Assembly (NCBI RefSeq): GCF_009914755.1
Contig: NC_060927.1
Strand: one strand, 5' to 3'
DNA from: the human T2T-CHM13v2.0 reference genome, Homo sapiens
Length of the DNA stretch: 64,000 bases
In this document: piece after piece, positions 32,268-48,190 of the stretch
Numbering within the stretch: the stretch's first letter is position 1
Layout: each line of letters starts with the position of its first letter
Program-made: the position numbers and the translations under genes
The notes under the pieces: model-generated
The model's input: the letters and a program-made list of their open reading frames with translations, nothing else
Databases searched by the model: none
Told to the model about the DNA's origin: nothing

Positions 32268-32435
32268 CTTTAAAAGTACTTTACTTTTAAAGTACTTTAA
32301 AAGTACTTTACTTTTAAAGTACTTTAAAAGTAAAGTACTTTTAAAGTACTTTAAAAGTACTTTACTTTTAAAGTACTTTGTACTTTTAAAGTACTTTAAA
32401 AGTACTTTAAAAGACATTACTTTAAAAGTAATGTC
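32268..32435. repeat. Palindromic AT-rich complex repeat (AAAGTACTTT / TTTAAA units)
   Basis: Direct read; ends in the hairpin GACATTACTTT-A-AAAGTAATGTC (32413-32435). Confidence 0.95.
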
Positions 32436-32619
32436 ATATAGGGCTTGCCTCGCTGCCTCCTGATTTTATAAAGAATCTGCTCTCAGAGACAGCCTATGAT
32501 TTCTTCTCAGCTCAGCATATCTTCCCTGGAGGAGGTGGAAGATCACTCTCTAAGCCTCCCTTTGTTGGAGTGTCCAGAGCAAGGCTGCCCAATAGAAATG
32601 TAATGTGAGTCATCTATAG

Positions 32620-32952
<333 letters not shown>

Positions 32953-33028
32953 CATTTTTAAAAAGTAAAAAGAAAAAAATAAAAGTCAACTTTAATAACA
33001 TATCTTATTTAACCCAAAATATACCTGA

Positions 33029-33488
<460 letters not shown>

Positions 33489-34035
33489 TTATGCGTATTT
33501 TATACTTAAAGCATCTCAGTGCAGAGTAGGCACAATTCAAATGCCCAACAGCCACATGTGGCTAGTAGCTACCATATTAGACAGTGCAGCTCTTGCCATC
33601 AGTCCTGAACTCAGGTGTTGGGGTCACCCAGACCTACAGTCATCTCAGGAGGCAAAGCAAATTTCACCCTCGTGAATGTCATATAAATAAATATATGGGA
33701 AACAGGAAGTTCAGCAGGACAGGGTGGGCACTAATTATGGGGTCAAATAAGCTTCATATAACTGAGGCAACACATCTCTAGAGACCCACCAACATGACAT
33801 TTAGAAATGTTATTTCACCCGGACTGTGACTTGAAGATTAGTGAGAGGTTAATTTGGTTGAATCTGTATAATCAAGTCTAAAGGAGGGATGTTCCAATGG
33901 TCTAAGTTAATGCTTTGCACTCCAAGGAGCTCCTAAATGAAGTCAATGTGTTTCCCATGTGACATATTATTGGGCTCTCTAGGGTCATCTGGACTCTTAA
34001 TTGGGCTGTCACTGCTAGCCACGGCTTCCGAATTC

Positions 34036-34320
34036 TTTTTGAGACGAGTCTCGCTCTGTCGCCCAGGCTGGAGTGCAGTGGCACAATCTCTGCTCACTGC
34101 AAGCTCTGCCTCCCGGGTTCATGCCATTCTCCTGCCTCAGCCTCCTGAGTAGCTAGGGCTACAGGCGCCCGCCACCACGCATGGCTAATTTTTGTATTTT
34201 TAGTAGAGATGGGGTTTCACCACGTTAGCCAGGATGGTCTCGATCTCCTGACCTCATGATCTGCCCCCCTCGGGCTCCCAAAGTGCTGGGATTACAGGTG
34301 TCAGCCACTGTGCCTGGCCC
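34036..34320 (-). mobile_element. Alu (Y-like), very short tail
   Basis: GCAAGCTCTGCC / GCCATTCTCC diagnostics; TSD AATTCTT. Confidence 0.95.
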
Positions 34321-35929
34321 CAAATTCTTGTTTGGAATCACAGTCACTTAATAACATGCTGCCCCAGCTCAGCCCATGTCTGACCGGGCATCTGGATTCC
34401 CTGCAAGCAGACCCCCTCTGCTAGTGACGTAAGGGAACAGGGGGGCAAGACAAGGGGGGGAGGAAGCCCAGCAAGACAAAAGTCATGCAAAAAGTGGCTT
34501 CAGCCTGATCCTGCAGGGACCTCTGGAAAAGACACTTCTGAATTGTCCCACCAGGAGGCAAGGGCCGTGATACTCTCTGACCACACTGACTGTCTTTGGT
34601 TACAGGCCATCCAGGAGTAGGTAAATTCTCCAGCACATCTGGCTTTGTGTATGTGTGAGTTTGCATGTGCACAAGCCAAGGGACTTCCGGGAGCCTGGGG
34701 AGGGCAGGGGAAAAAGAGCAGCCACCTGGCTGTTGGCAGGCAGAGGAGGGACTGGTGTCTAGTCTGACCTCTGATGCTCACTCATTGTGTGACTTAGTGC
34801 AAGTGAGTGAACCTCAGCTTCCTCATCTGTAAAATGGTATAATAGTCCCCACCTCAGTGAGCTGCACAGAAGAATAAGCAAGATGAAGTACACCAAGGCG
34901 TTAGCACGATACCTGGCACCTCGTCAGCACTCAATCAGGGAAAGTATTTTGGACCAAATCAGAGGAATCTTGGAAGGTTGGTAGGAGACACTTAGGGGTA
35001 AGTGGACCAAGCACCACACTGACTCACAACCCTTATCTCTTCAGCATTTGGCCGGGTGCGTATCAGGTAACTGCGTGTCTGACTTGCTGCATTGCTGTCG
35101 ACCATGCATCCAGAGCAAGCATAGGGCCAGCGCTGTGCACGAATCGGCCTAAACATCTCAGCTCAGTTCGTGGGAGAGAAAGAAAGTGCCCTCAAGACAG
35201 TGTCCTTCTCTCCAGGGGTCTTTTTAACCAGCTTTGACTCCCCAAGGCCCAGCATTTCTCTGCTCCCTTTGAAATATTTTCATGAATTTTCTGCCACTTA
35301 AATACACTACCCTGGCCATGGCCACCATGCTGAACATGGGTAAGATGAAACTAAGGGGAAATCTGCATATTCCTCATAGACTATACTCCCAGGCCTCCTG
35401 CTGCTCCTCTGGGAGATCCATGGACACACTCAGACAAAGCTTGGTCCCCATGGGTTGTCAGCAATAGAGTAGGAATCAGAACCTAGGGCTTCAGGCTCTG
35501 AATCAGGAGCTCAGCAGTGCACGAAAACCAAGAAAATCAGCAGGAGTTCAAGGCCTTTTGCGGGGGATCAACTCAGTGTCAGCGCTCAATGGACCAGCCC
35601 AAACTTTGCTCTCTGAGAACACAGCTGAGTTGGTTGCTGACAACTTATCCTGTGGCATACATGCAAGATATTGTGTAATAAAAACACTTTCTAGAAAGAC
35701 ACTGACCAATTCTCATGAGATTGTTGTAAAACAGAGGTAGCTAGGAAGATCCTCATTTTACAGCAGAAACAATCTCACAGCAGCATACCAGTTGCCCAAC
35801 ACTTGGGCGGTGAGTCAGTGCCCACCCCAAAATAGAGCCTGACCCAGCAAGCTTGTCTCCCACAACAGTCATGAAAATATCCACAGGCCCAAGAATCTCC
35901 CAGCATGAAGTCAGGCCATGCCACAAACA

Positions 35930-36250
35930 CTGCCTGGCCACACGCCTCTCCATTCTCCACCAGGCTTCCTCACCTCAGGTCTCTGCCAAACATCGCCTTC
36001 TCAGAGAGGCTCTCCCCGACACTCCCCCTAATCTAAAATCGCCACTCCCTCACCTCTTCGCTTCCTTTATTTTTCTTCATAGCTCTGCACATCCTGAAAT
36101 TAGATTACCTATCTATTTGTTAATTATTGTCACCCCACTAGAATGCCAGCTGAGTGAGGGTGTGCCATGCTCAGCACTGTATCTAGGGGCCAGAGCAGTG
36201 CCACCACCAAGTAGGGACGGTCCCTAGGGAAAGTGAGTGAATGAATGAAT
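35930..36250 (+). mobile_element. L2 3' fragment
   Basis: CACCTCAGGTCTCTG...CCTTCTCAGAGAGGC...CCCACTAGAATG...TGAATGAATGAAT end. Confidence 0.7.
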
Positions 36251-37159
36251 CAACCAACTTGTCCTTCCTAGTCCCTTTGCACTTGCTTTTGACAGGAATC
36301 TGTACCTCCAAGAATTATCAAATATATCTGGAGGATGAGGCCCTCCACCGCCACTAGGGAACTCCTATCACACTCCCGAGTCCAGGGCCTAGAGCTTGAA
36401 GAGGACACTCGAACATTCAACGTACCTGCACTACTTCAATGAGCTCTACAAGCTCCTGTAGTTCCTAAACTTCACCAACTCAGAATATTTCACCCAGCCC
36501 GACTCCATTATAGCTGACCCCTTCCCTAGAACTCCACACCTCTGAACTCCCTGCCTCCTGTAACCCTAATTCTAACCCTATAAACAAATACCCACACCTA
36601 TCACTCCCACTATCTCACTCCTACACCGGCTCCACCTGTCTGCCCCCTGTTCTGTCCTTCCTCTTATTTCTTCACCATTCCCCGTTTATACCAGGAACGA
36701 ACTCCCCTGTTTCACTGAGATATTCTGTGTGGCGGTGGCTTTAACATCAGTTGCAAAATGAGTTAAATTCTACTTAAGAATACAATGTCCATATGTATAC
36801 AATCAGTTTAAAAGTTTTTTAAACTAGTCAGCATGTACTACACAATGAACACTATTGTTAAGAAAGGATTATTGGATATAAACACAATGAAGTCAATCAA
36901 AGGGGGTTCCATTGCAAAGAAAGCAGGGAGTCAGCAGATGCAAGTGTGACCTAGCATGACATGGCATCTCTCTCTATGGTCCCCAGCACTTCTTAGTTCA
37001 AGGCACCAAAACCTGAGCCAATACTAACCAAGGGAAGCACTTAAACATTCAGCTCTGCCCTGTTTCTGAGCTCAAGCTGTCCCCTAAGTTTTATCATATG
37101 GATCCTGTCTCAATACTGGAGTCCTGCTTACATCCTTGGCCTCAGATACTCCAGCCTCA

Positions 37160-37365
37160 AGAGGTGGATCTCAAAATGTGTTCCCTGAACCAGCTGCATC
37201 AGAACCTTGGGTTGCTTATTCAGAATACAGAATCCTGTACCCCACCTACCTTAGACTTACTAAAGCCAAATCTCTAGCAGTAGGGCTGGAGGTATGTATT
37301 TAATTAGGTGTCCCTGGCTCCGACTCATAATTCCTTTGCAAAGCAAACTTTGAGAACCTCTGCCC
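37160..37365. mobile_element. MER5A-like hAT MITE
   Basis: GTGGATCTCAAAATGTG..CCCTGAACCAGC.GCATCAGAA...AAACTTTGAGAACCTCTGCCCTAGA. Confidence 0.75.
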
Positions 37366-37673
37366 TAGAAAGAGGTCACCCCTACTTCCTCCTGAGAAGG
37401 AGACTGAATGAAGATCAAGGTCATGGAAACAATTGGCCATAGTGCTAGGGAAGATATGTTTCGGAAAGTCCTCCCTCACTATGGATCCTTCCTTTCATCT
37501 TCTAAGACACAGCCTTCCTAGAATTCCATGAGGCCTATGGCTGCCTCCCGAATCAGGTGGCAATCCCATTCCGTTTGCCAGCTTTGCTCCAAACTGACAG
37601 AGGAGCTGGAAGCCTACAGCTGCCCCGATCTGACTCTAAGCATCAGCAGGCCTCAGAATAACTCCCTTCTGTG

Positions 37674-38001
<328 letters not shown>

Positions 38002-38254
38002 CTAGTTCACCACTCCTCAAGGACACTGCCCACGGCCCCTGTGGAGAAGAAAACTCTGGCCATGTTCCTAGGGAAGCAGAATCCCTCCAAGTCCCACCAG
38101 ACCATTGCTGATGCCTCAGCTTGCCATGAAATTCTGCCATCCAAGTTTATGACAGAAAGAAGGACTTGTTCTGTCTGCAAGATCAGACAAGAAAGAACAT
38201 CAATTACAACATATACTTGTGGTCAGGCTTTAGTGACGATACAGTCACAAAGAT

Positions 38255-38755
38255 ACAATGGACAGTTTTTGTTTTGTCTGCCCAACTTACTCCTGTCTCT
38301 TTTAGCAGGAGTACTCAGATCTTCCGTTGGGAAACACCCCACCGTCCAAGCCCAAGCCACAATGATTGGTTCAGGGATGGGAATAGGAAGAAGCCAATTC
38401 AATTGGAGCCAATTCCAGAACTTTCTTTGGAATTACTGAGAAAGAGAAGCTGTCTCTTCCCACTAGAATTGCTGAGCTGGTGGACATGAAAGTTTGGAGA
38501 TGCTGGCTACCTGCTTGTCCTCATGTGTGAATACATTCCCTGAGAGAGAAACCCACACAGAGGAAAGCGGGACTAAGAAGGAGAGAGAAACTGAGTCATG
38601 GTAACATTACTTTGGGCACAAGGACCCAACTATACCTGAAACCATTACCCCAGACTTTTTTTAATTCCATGAGCAAATAAATTATTTTTTCCCCTTTATG
38701 CTTGGACCAGTTTGAGCTGAATGTCTGTCACTCGCAGGGCGGAGTGATACAATTG
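38255..38755 (+). mobile_element. Old MaLR LTR (MLT1J/K/L-like)
   Basis: TGATTGGTTCAGGGATGGG...GAGCCAAT...AATAAATTATTTTTT...CCAGTTTGAGCTG..TCTGTCACTCGCA...TGATACA. Confidence 0.6.
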
Positions 38756-38801
38756 GACAAAAGAAATCCCAGCGATTCTCTGAATTGGAACTCCAGGCCC
38801 G

Positions 38802-38951
38802 TTTTTGTTTGTTTGTTTGCTTGTTGGTTTGTTTTGAGACAAGATCTCTCTGTTGCCCAGGCTGGCCTCAATCTCCTGGCCTCAAGCAATCCTCCCACCT
38901 CAGCCTCCGAAGTAGCTGAGACTGCAGGCACACGCCACCACACCCGGCCCC
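38802..38951 (-). mobile_element. Alu monomer (FLAM-like)
   Basis: Single arm with (GTTT)n tail. Confidence 0.85.
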
Positions 38952-39803
38952 ATTGATGATTACCCTAAGCTCTCCTACCTGAGAGTTTAACTTACAAAAC
39001 ATGGTGATTATTCTTTACCTTTGTCTGCTTTTGTTTTTACACATCTTCCACCTCCTTCCTGAAGATGAAACCTGGCTTCCCCTAACAAAACCCCACTTCC
39101 CTCACAAACCAACGAGGTCGGCTCAGATTCTCACTTCCCCTCTGGGCCTGGAGCAGGGTCCGCATTTGCGCTCGCCGTCCACCACCACATCCCGACCAGG
39201 CTATTGCCCGGAGGCTCCACATGACCCTCTTTTTCCACTTTCCACTCCCACCTCCAGGACTCTGTGGCTTCCCTGTGACCATGTCATTGTCCAGAAGTTA
39301 GGGATCAGCCTCTGCTTAAAGATTTTTTCTGAGCCTTCCCTGGTTCTAACCACTTAGAAACTTGCAAGCTGGCACTGGCCCCAGTCTTTACCCCAAGGTA
39401 TTCAAATGCTAAGGCTCCTCCAGTCATAAAAGGTATCCCTTGTGACAGGCAAAGATGATCCTATGTGCGTTCTAGGCTGCTCCCTCCGCCAGCTGCCACA
39501 GAGGAATCTGGACTGCCAGGCCTGTCCCTTGGGCTTTCATGATACAGAATCCAGAGGGAAAGGGACAGAAGACAGGAGCTCCTCCAGCTGGGGATGGGGA
39601 GCAGTTATGAATCTAGACGTGAAGGAGGAGCTGCCACAGTTGGGCTACACGCAGGAGTGCACAGGCCAGGCTTGACTTGAGCTAAAATCCAGCGCCCCCT
39701 ACACCTGCCAAGCCTTGTGCACTAACGTGGATTGCAACCCCCAGAAAGGGGCCCCCATTTCTAACTGGTCCTCCCAGGTAACTTATTTACATTCAGAGGA
39801 AGG

Positions 39804-39952
39804 GGCTGAGTGTGGTGGCACATGCTTGTAGTCCCAGCTACTTGGGAGGCCAAGGCAGGAGGCTCACTTGGGGCCACGAGTTCAAGTCCAGCCTGGGCAA
39901 CATAGCAAGCCTCTAAAAAACACAAAACAACAAAAACAAACAAACAAAAAAA
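39804..39952 (+). mobile_element. Alu monomer (FLAM-like)
   Basis: Single arm with A-rich tail. Confidence 0.85.
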
Positions 39953-40479
39953 CCAAAGGAAGGCACCCTAAAAGCCAGCAGTGGTCTCTATCAGAGATGT
40001 GGATAAGAGAGGGGAACATATTTTAATAATAGCTGTGGCTCTATCTCCAAGGTGTTCAAGAATTGCAAGTCCAGAACTTGAGATGTTTTGTTTATGAGCT
40101 TTGCTCTAAAACGGGATAGCCTGGGCAGGAGAAGGGTTGATAAGGTCAGACCACTTTCTCTTTCTCTTTCCAATCTTGAGGCTCAGAGCTGGTCCTCAGC
40201 AAAGAGTGGAGTCAGTTTGCTTTGTGTTCCAGCCCTCCTAACCTCACTTCCCCCTACCCTTCCCTGCTGGGCAGCGCTGCCTCTCCCTCATGCTCTCTGT
40301 GGTCCGGCTGCCCTGCAGGCCCGCAGAGAGGATGTGAATGTTGCTGGAGGCCTTCTCCCCAACCACACTGCCTATACCTTAATTCCAACCCTCATCTCCT
40401 CTCACTGAAATTTCTTGCAACTTACCTAAGGGTCTGCCTAGATTGATGGGACCCTCCATACCCACAGTGCAAAGGATTA

Positions 40480-41090
40480 TTTTAAGGGAGATCTTGGATC
40501 ACATCTCTTTCCTACTTAAAGACTCTTCCACGGCTTCCCACTATCTGTAAGTCATGTTTCAAACTCCACAGCTTCACCCAACAAAACCTTTCCCGGTCTG
40601 ACCATGCCTGTCTCTCAGCCTTATTGGCCTGTGCATGTCCTTTATTTCAACCTACTCTTCTACCTGTGGTTACACTGCGTGGCACCTTCCCGGATGTGCT
40701 TCTCTTTGCCTGGAATGCTCCTCTCTTCTCCTTTCTCCCCTCTGGCCCCTTCTGGCCAATGCCTACTCATCCTTCAAAACTCCGTTCAGATATCACCTCT
40801 GCCAGGAAGCCTTCTCAGACTGCTCTTTCTTCCGTCTGATTTAATGCCCTTCTGTAAGCTCCTATAGCTCCCATGTAGCAAACCTCTCACAGCCCCTGTC
40901 CCCAGCTCCACCATAACCCCTGTGCAGAGCTGCATCATAGCACTTATCACCCTGTACAGTAAACATCAATTTACTTATCTCTCTGTCCTAACTAGATGAT
41001 GATTTCCAGGTCAAGCAGGAACCATAATTTATTCATCTTTGTAAACTCTGTGCCTGCCACAGAGTAGGCACTTAATAAATTTGTGTCAAA
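40480..41090 (+). mobile_element. L2 3' fragment
   Basis: CCTCTTTGCCTGGAATGCTC-like, TCACCTCTGCCAGGAAGCCTTCTC and CACAGAGTAGGCACTTAATAAATTTGTG motifs, ending in a GGAT tail. Confidence 0.75.
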
Positions 41091-41163
41091 TGGATGGATA
41101 CATGGATGGATGGATGGATGGATGGATGGATGGATGGATGGATGGATGGACAGATGGATGGAA
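41090..41163. repeat. (GGAT)n tetranucleotide repeat
   Basis: Direct read. Confidence 0.97.
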
Positions 41164-41171
41164 ATTCACTA

Positions 41172-41579
<408 letters not shown>

Positions 41580-42066
41580 TTAACTGAAGGCCTGCTAATC
41601 ATCGGTGGTACACTGGAGGAGCATGGGAGGAGTGAGGATTTTCATAGCAGTTACTAAGAATTCTCTCCCCCTCCATTTCCAGGCCCACCTGCTAATGAGA
41701 CAGACATCGTCTGCCAACCCAGCCTGCTATCCTGAGTTTTAAAGACACTGCTAGTCACCTGACACTTTCCTAACTTTCCCTAATCTCTGTTCTCTTCTGT
41801 CCTATTTTTTTGTGTTGCGTTCGCTATACACAATAATACAATAAAATTCCACCTTCCAGGAGTTATCCACTGGGCCTCCACCTCTCCCAAAATTCCCCCA
41901 ACACCAAAAGGCCCTTGATACTCAGCCCTCCATAAACCTGAGCTTACTCTACAAGACACATGATCTTTTCAATCCAATAAGGTCTTACTGGACCCTGGAC
42001 CTGAATCATTATATGCAAACCTGCTGAGTGTCTATTATTTATTGTAGATCCCAGAGCATCTCTTCA

Positions 42067-42600
<534 letters not shown>

Positions 42601-42976
42601 TCACCAAAAGCATTTAAGAAGGCTTTTACAAAAGAAGCAGAGGGATCATAAAACACAAAACAGTAACAATAAAAATAAGAACACAAGAATTAAGAAATTA
42701 AAGTCGAAGGAGAATATGTCTCTGAAACCAAGGCTCAGGAAAGTTAATCCACAGAGCTTCCTGACAGTCACAGCAAAGGCAAAAGTGCGACAAATTGGCT
42801 AATAAGAAAGTAAAGCAGTGTTTGTTACCCCTCTTTAGCGGACTTTATTTTTCCTTTTGTCCAGCATCTCTCCATATCGGGAAATGCTCTTCTCCCCATC
42901 CAGGCCCCACTCAAATCATGTGATTCAGGCGGGAGCTCTCACGTCATTACAGGCCTCTCCGCCTTTCTATCTTCTG

Positions 42977-42993
42977 TCTCTCTCTCTGTCTCT

Positions 42994-43048
<55 letters not shown>
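42977..43048. repeat. (TC)n(AC)n compound microsatellite
   Basis: Direct read. Confidence 0.97.
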
Positions 43049-43049
<1 letters not shown>

Positions 43050-43053
<4 letters not shown>

Positions 43054-43500
43054 GCTCTTTAGCCAAGGGTGGACTCCTAACCTAGGCTGGGCTGATCATT
43101 GTGCCCCACCTCCCTGGCACAGTGATTGGCCTAGGATTGGGTAACTGAATGGGGCTGAGCCAATCAGAGTCTTTCCCAGGGGTTTTTCAAGCCACAGGTA
43201 GAGAAAGTCCCTCATTTTCCCTCCAGAGCCAAGGCTAGGAGTCTCATAGCAGCCAATAGGCAAACTCCCAACCGTGTGGCAGAAGTCAGCCTGAGAAACC
43301 CAACCTGAGAGAAGCCAAGTGAGGGGTGGAGAAAGAGCACGCAGGCTGCACGAAAGGGCCTGGTTCCTCTTCTCCCTGGGCTCTGCTGCATCCCAGCCCT
43401 TCCTATGATTTGATAATGTGACCAAATACCTTTCTCTTTGCCTAAGCTGATTGACTTGATTTCCTATCCCTCGAAACCAAAAAATGCTCACCAATAAAGG
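43050..43500 (+). mobile_element. Old MaLR/ERVL LTR fragment
   Basis: CCCTGGCACAGTGATTGGCC...GAGCCAATCAGAGTC...CTCTTTGCCTAAGCTG..TTGA.TTGATTTC motifs. Confidence 0.55.
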
Positions 43501-44489
43501 AATATGAGGCAGCGCAAATGGATGTTGCGCTCATGGCAGTTTTACCAAAAACACAAAGGCTCTGCATGTGGCCAGCTCTTTTCGTGGACTGTTTGGTGCT
43601 TACCATGTTAGACCCTTGTCCTGAAAAAACATTTTCATGGAGGGACAGTTGCATATCCATGGGTTTGATGCAGGGATAAAGCTCACAACTTGAGCTATGA
43701 ATGATGAAAATATTTCTCTGTTGTGTTTTAGTTGGGAGCTGCATGGAAGATTATCTAAAATTGAAGAATAGATTTTCTAATCTTGATTGGAATAATATCC
43801 ACATGCTGTGGATCTCTCTATGAAGAGGCCTGTTTTCAGTTTAGACATCATGGGTAGGGGTGACAGAGATGACACTTCCTTGAAAAATCAAAGGACCTAA
43901 TGGCACTTCTGCCCTGGTGCAGAACCCCTCTCCCCACTCCCAGTGCAAAAAAACAAAAGAACTGCAAGAGTCACATTGTATGCATGGCACATCTGTATGC
44001 AGGTGGTCACATGAGCGACCGGTTCAATCCATAATATTCTGAGGCATTTTGGATTTTGGAACTGTTCCTTCCCATTTTTCCTGTGATAGCCACATTTTAT
44101 CATCTTTCCCTTTTCTAAAGTTGCCCAATAGCTTCCCACACAACTCTGTGAGGACTTCCTGCTCTGGCCAGGATGCTACTTAATCAGTGACTGGACCTGC
44201 AGGAGGAAGATCCAAGCGTTCGTTCACTTCACGCATTTACAGGATGTCTGCTGAGTGTCAGCCATTGCAATGGCATCGAGGAGAAGAATAAGGTGGTCAC
44301 TGCCTTCACATGGCTTGCATTTTCAACCTGCTTTTAGTCCACCCATGATGGATGATGCCTTCATGCCACACATCCCTACAAGTGTATCCAGGGCTCCTCA
44401 CAGTTTTGCAGGGAGCAGAGGAGTGAACGTGCTAATAATTACCTTCTTGCATATTTGGGTCTCAGGATCCATATCTCTGATGCCTATGT

Positions 44490-44950
44490 GACAAGGGTCA
44501 CGGAATCCCCTCATAACTGTGTAGTTTTCATGATACTTTAACATCTATTCTGCATATATTGCAGGCCTAGCAAATAGTTTTGAATTGGAAGCCGTTGATA
44601 TCAACAAGCCCAGTCGGAGGAAAGCCTGCTTGGGTGGAGGCAGGACAAGCAGCAGCAGCCTCCAGCTTCCAGAGACAGCCCTGACAGCAGTGCCAGTGGC
44701 TGCAGCTGTGCAGCTGTGGCCCCAGCATTGTACAGCAGCAGGGAAGTCCTCCCCACAGGAGTCCTGGGTGGCTTCGGGCTGCGGTCCTGGCCCCTGTCTA
44801 GCCTCCCTTGCACCTGTTTGTCTTCTGGGTTTGGTTCTCCAAACTTCTTTGGGGATTTTATGAGTTCCTACTATCATTTACATAAATTCCTCTTCTCGAA
44901 TAAGCCAGAGTTGATTTCTGTTTCTCAGAACCAAGAAATCTGACTTATTA
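44490..44950 (+). mobile_element. Old ERVL-class LTR (subfamily uncertain)
   Basis: 3' end ATAAATTCCTCTTCT...AAGCCAGAGTTGATTTCTGTT...AACCAAGAA..CTGACT is typical of ERVL/MaLR LTRs. Confidence 0.5.
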
Positions 44951-45047
44951 CCACGCATAAAGTGTTGGGGCAAATAAATTAATAAATGAATCCATTTTAC
45001 TATTCGCGTTTCACAACTTGCTGGGATCGGTAGACGTAAATTGTTAG

Positions 45048-45645
<598 letters not shown>

Positions 45646-47036
45646 TCTGATAATGTTAACAGTTTTCATTTTGGTGTTATTTGTCTACCTTTTCTCACAT
45701 GCATATCTTTCCATAGTTTACATGCAATTTTGCATCTTGCTTTGCCCCCTGTTTTCATTATAATATTTTTCCTACGGTGCTCCATGCTTTTCATAATGAC
45801 TATTTATTATATTGCTACCAATTTCAACAGAGGCATAATATGAAAATCATTCTCTCACTGTGGACATTTAGGTTGCTTCCAGTATTTTGTTTTTATACGT
45901 GACGTGGTAATCTTTGCATTAAGCATTTTTTCCCAGTTTGGAATATGGACGGCCTACATTTTTTCAGGCACTTTGCTGGATTCTTTTTATTTCATTCAGT
46001 CTTCATAATATCAAGTAGATAGCATGGTGTCCATTTCATCCTTGGGGGAGCTCACTTTGATGGGAAGAGTGGTTTCCCCATGATGTCTAAACTGAAAACA
46101 GGCCTCTTCACAGAGAACAGAAATGTGGCTAACAGGTCATTTCCTATGACCCCTCAGCTCCCCAAGACTCTTTTGCTAGTGTAGGCTACATAAGCTGAAA
46201 ATGAGGAGGAAATGTAAAAATCAGAGCCTCCTTGTGCTCATACACACATGCACAGGCAGGATACTGTTGGAACATTCATTCCAGTTTATGTCTGGGGGCT
46301 GAGCTGACAGACCCCCATAGCAGCAAGGACCCAGCATGCCTTAGGACATCAGTCTGGATCAAAGGGTTAAAAAAGAGACAAGGAAGCAGGGTCAGGGTGT
46401 GCAAGGTGAAAAGACAGTGCGCTCTGAAAATATATGGGACCTCACTGTGGCTAGAACCAGAAACTGGTTCTCACCATTTGGGAAGCCCAGCTCACTGCAA
46501 AATATGGCACACTCTGTAAGTGACAGTGACCTGTGAGGGCAGCCCTGCTGTGATTCCCAGGGTTGGCAGAGGGAGGGGAGTCCTAGTGATGAGGGGAGGG
46601 GTTATCAGGCTTTTCTCTGCCCTGTCTCATGACTGGCCCTTCCTTCATGCATAGAAAAGCTTCCAGGCTGAGGCTGAGTCATTAGCAATCTCCTTTGTTG
46701 ATGCTGCTGCCTGGAATCCTTGTCTGGATTCCTGTCTCACTCCTGTCTTGTACCGCAGTCTCTAGGTCTGGTTCCTTGAGGCTATGTTGAGAGGACTTTA
46801 CCCGCCAGCTACAAAAATCAGGCATAAGGCCAGGAATGGGAAGGTTATTGTGAGCACAATCTATGCACTTGTTAATCATTATTACATATTAACCAATTAC
46901 TGCATGGCAGAAAAGTGGGGCAAGAGACTACTCTTAAGCCACATGTAGATGTTGTAATCCTGAGCTTTGTCTCCATAATGGGGTAAGATGTCAGAAAAGA
47001 GTCAGAAAGCCCAGGTGATAGAATAAGTGCCAAGAA

Positions 47037-47432
47037 CATATACACCATGGAATACTGTGCAGCCATAAAAAGGAATGAGTTCATGTCCTTTGCAGGGACA
47101 TGGATGAAGCTGGAAACCATCATTCTCAGCAAACTAACACAGCAACAGAAAACCAAACACCGCATGTTCTCACTCATAAGTGGGAGTTGAACAATGAGAA
47201 CACATGGACACAGGTAGGGGAACAACACAACCCGTGGCCTGTCGGCGGGTGGGGGACAAGGGGAGGGAGAGCATTAGGAAAAATACTTAATGCATTCAGG
47301 GCCTAAAACCTAGATGATGGGTTGATAGGTGCAGCAAACCACCATGGCACGTGTATACCTATGTAACAAACCCGCGCATTCTGCACATGTATCCCAGAAC
47401 TTAAAGTAAAATTTAAACAAATTTTAAAAAAG
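47037..47432 (+). mobile_element. 5'-truncated L1PA (PA7/8-like) 3' end
   Basis: L1PA 3' UTR flanked by a perfect 17-bp TSD AGAATAAGTGCCAAGAA (47020-47036 and 47433-47449). Confidence 0.92.
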
Positions 47433-47659
47433 AGAATAAGTGCCAAGAAAAACAAGAATGAGTTAAGGCCATGTAGGTCTGTATTAAAAATCTGGCTAAC
47501 AGCAAATGTGTTGAGGATTGCTGCTGCCACAGTGGGTACACTTGAGAACTCAAGTGAAGCCAATGATTGTAACACCAGGGTCAGGCCCTATATTTTCCAC
47601 TTTTAATATTTTCCAATATTGTGGATCAGAACCAATATGATAGTAAATATTTCAGCATT

Positions 47660-47966
<307 letters not shown>

Positions 47967-48042
47967 TGCTTGACTCTTAAATAGGAACAGATATCCAAAG
48001 ACTACCAGATATTTAAGTATAGCCTCTAAAATAAAAGACAGA

Positions 48043-48190
48043 GGCCAGGTGTGGTGGCTCATGCTTGTAATCCTAGCACTTTGGGAGGCCGGGTCAGGAG
48101 GATCCCTTGAGCCCAGGAGTTTGAAACTATCTGGGCAACATAGGGAGACCTTGTCTCTAGGAAATAAATAAATACATACATAAAATAGAA
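48043..48190 (+). mobile_element. Alu monomer (FLAM-like)
   Basis: Single arm with A-rich tail. Confidence 0.85.

Noticed and set aside
32208-32417. Repetitive ORF (KVLLKYFKS)n
   Set aside because: An artefact of translating the palindromic DNA repeat.
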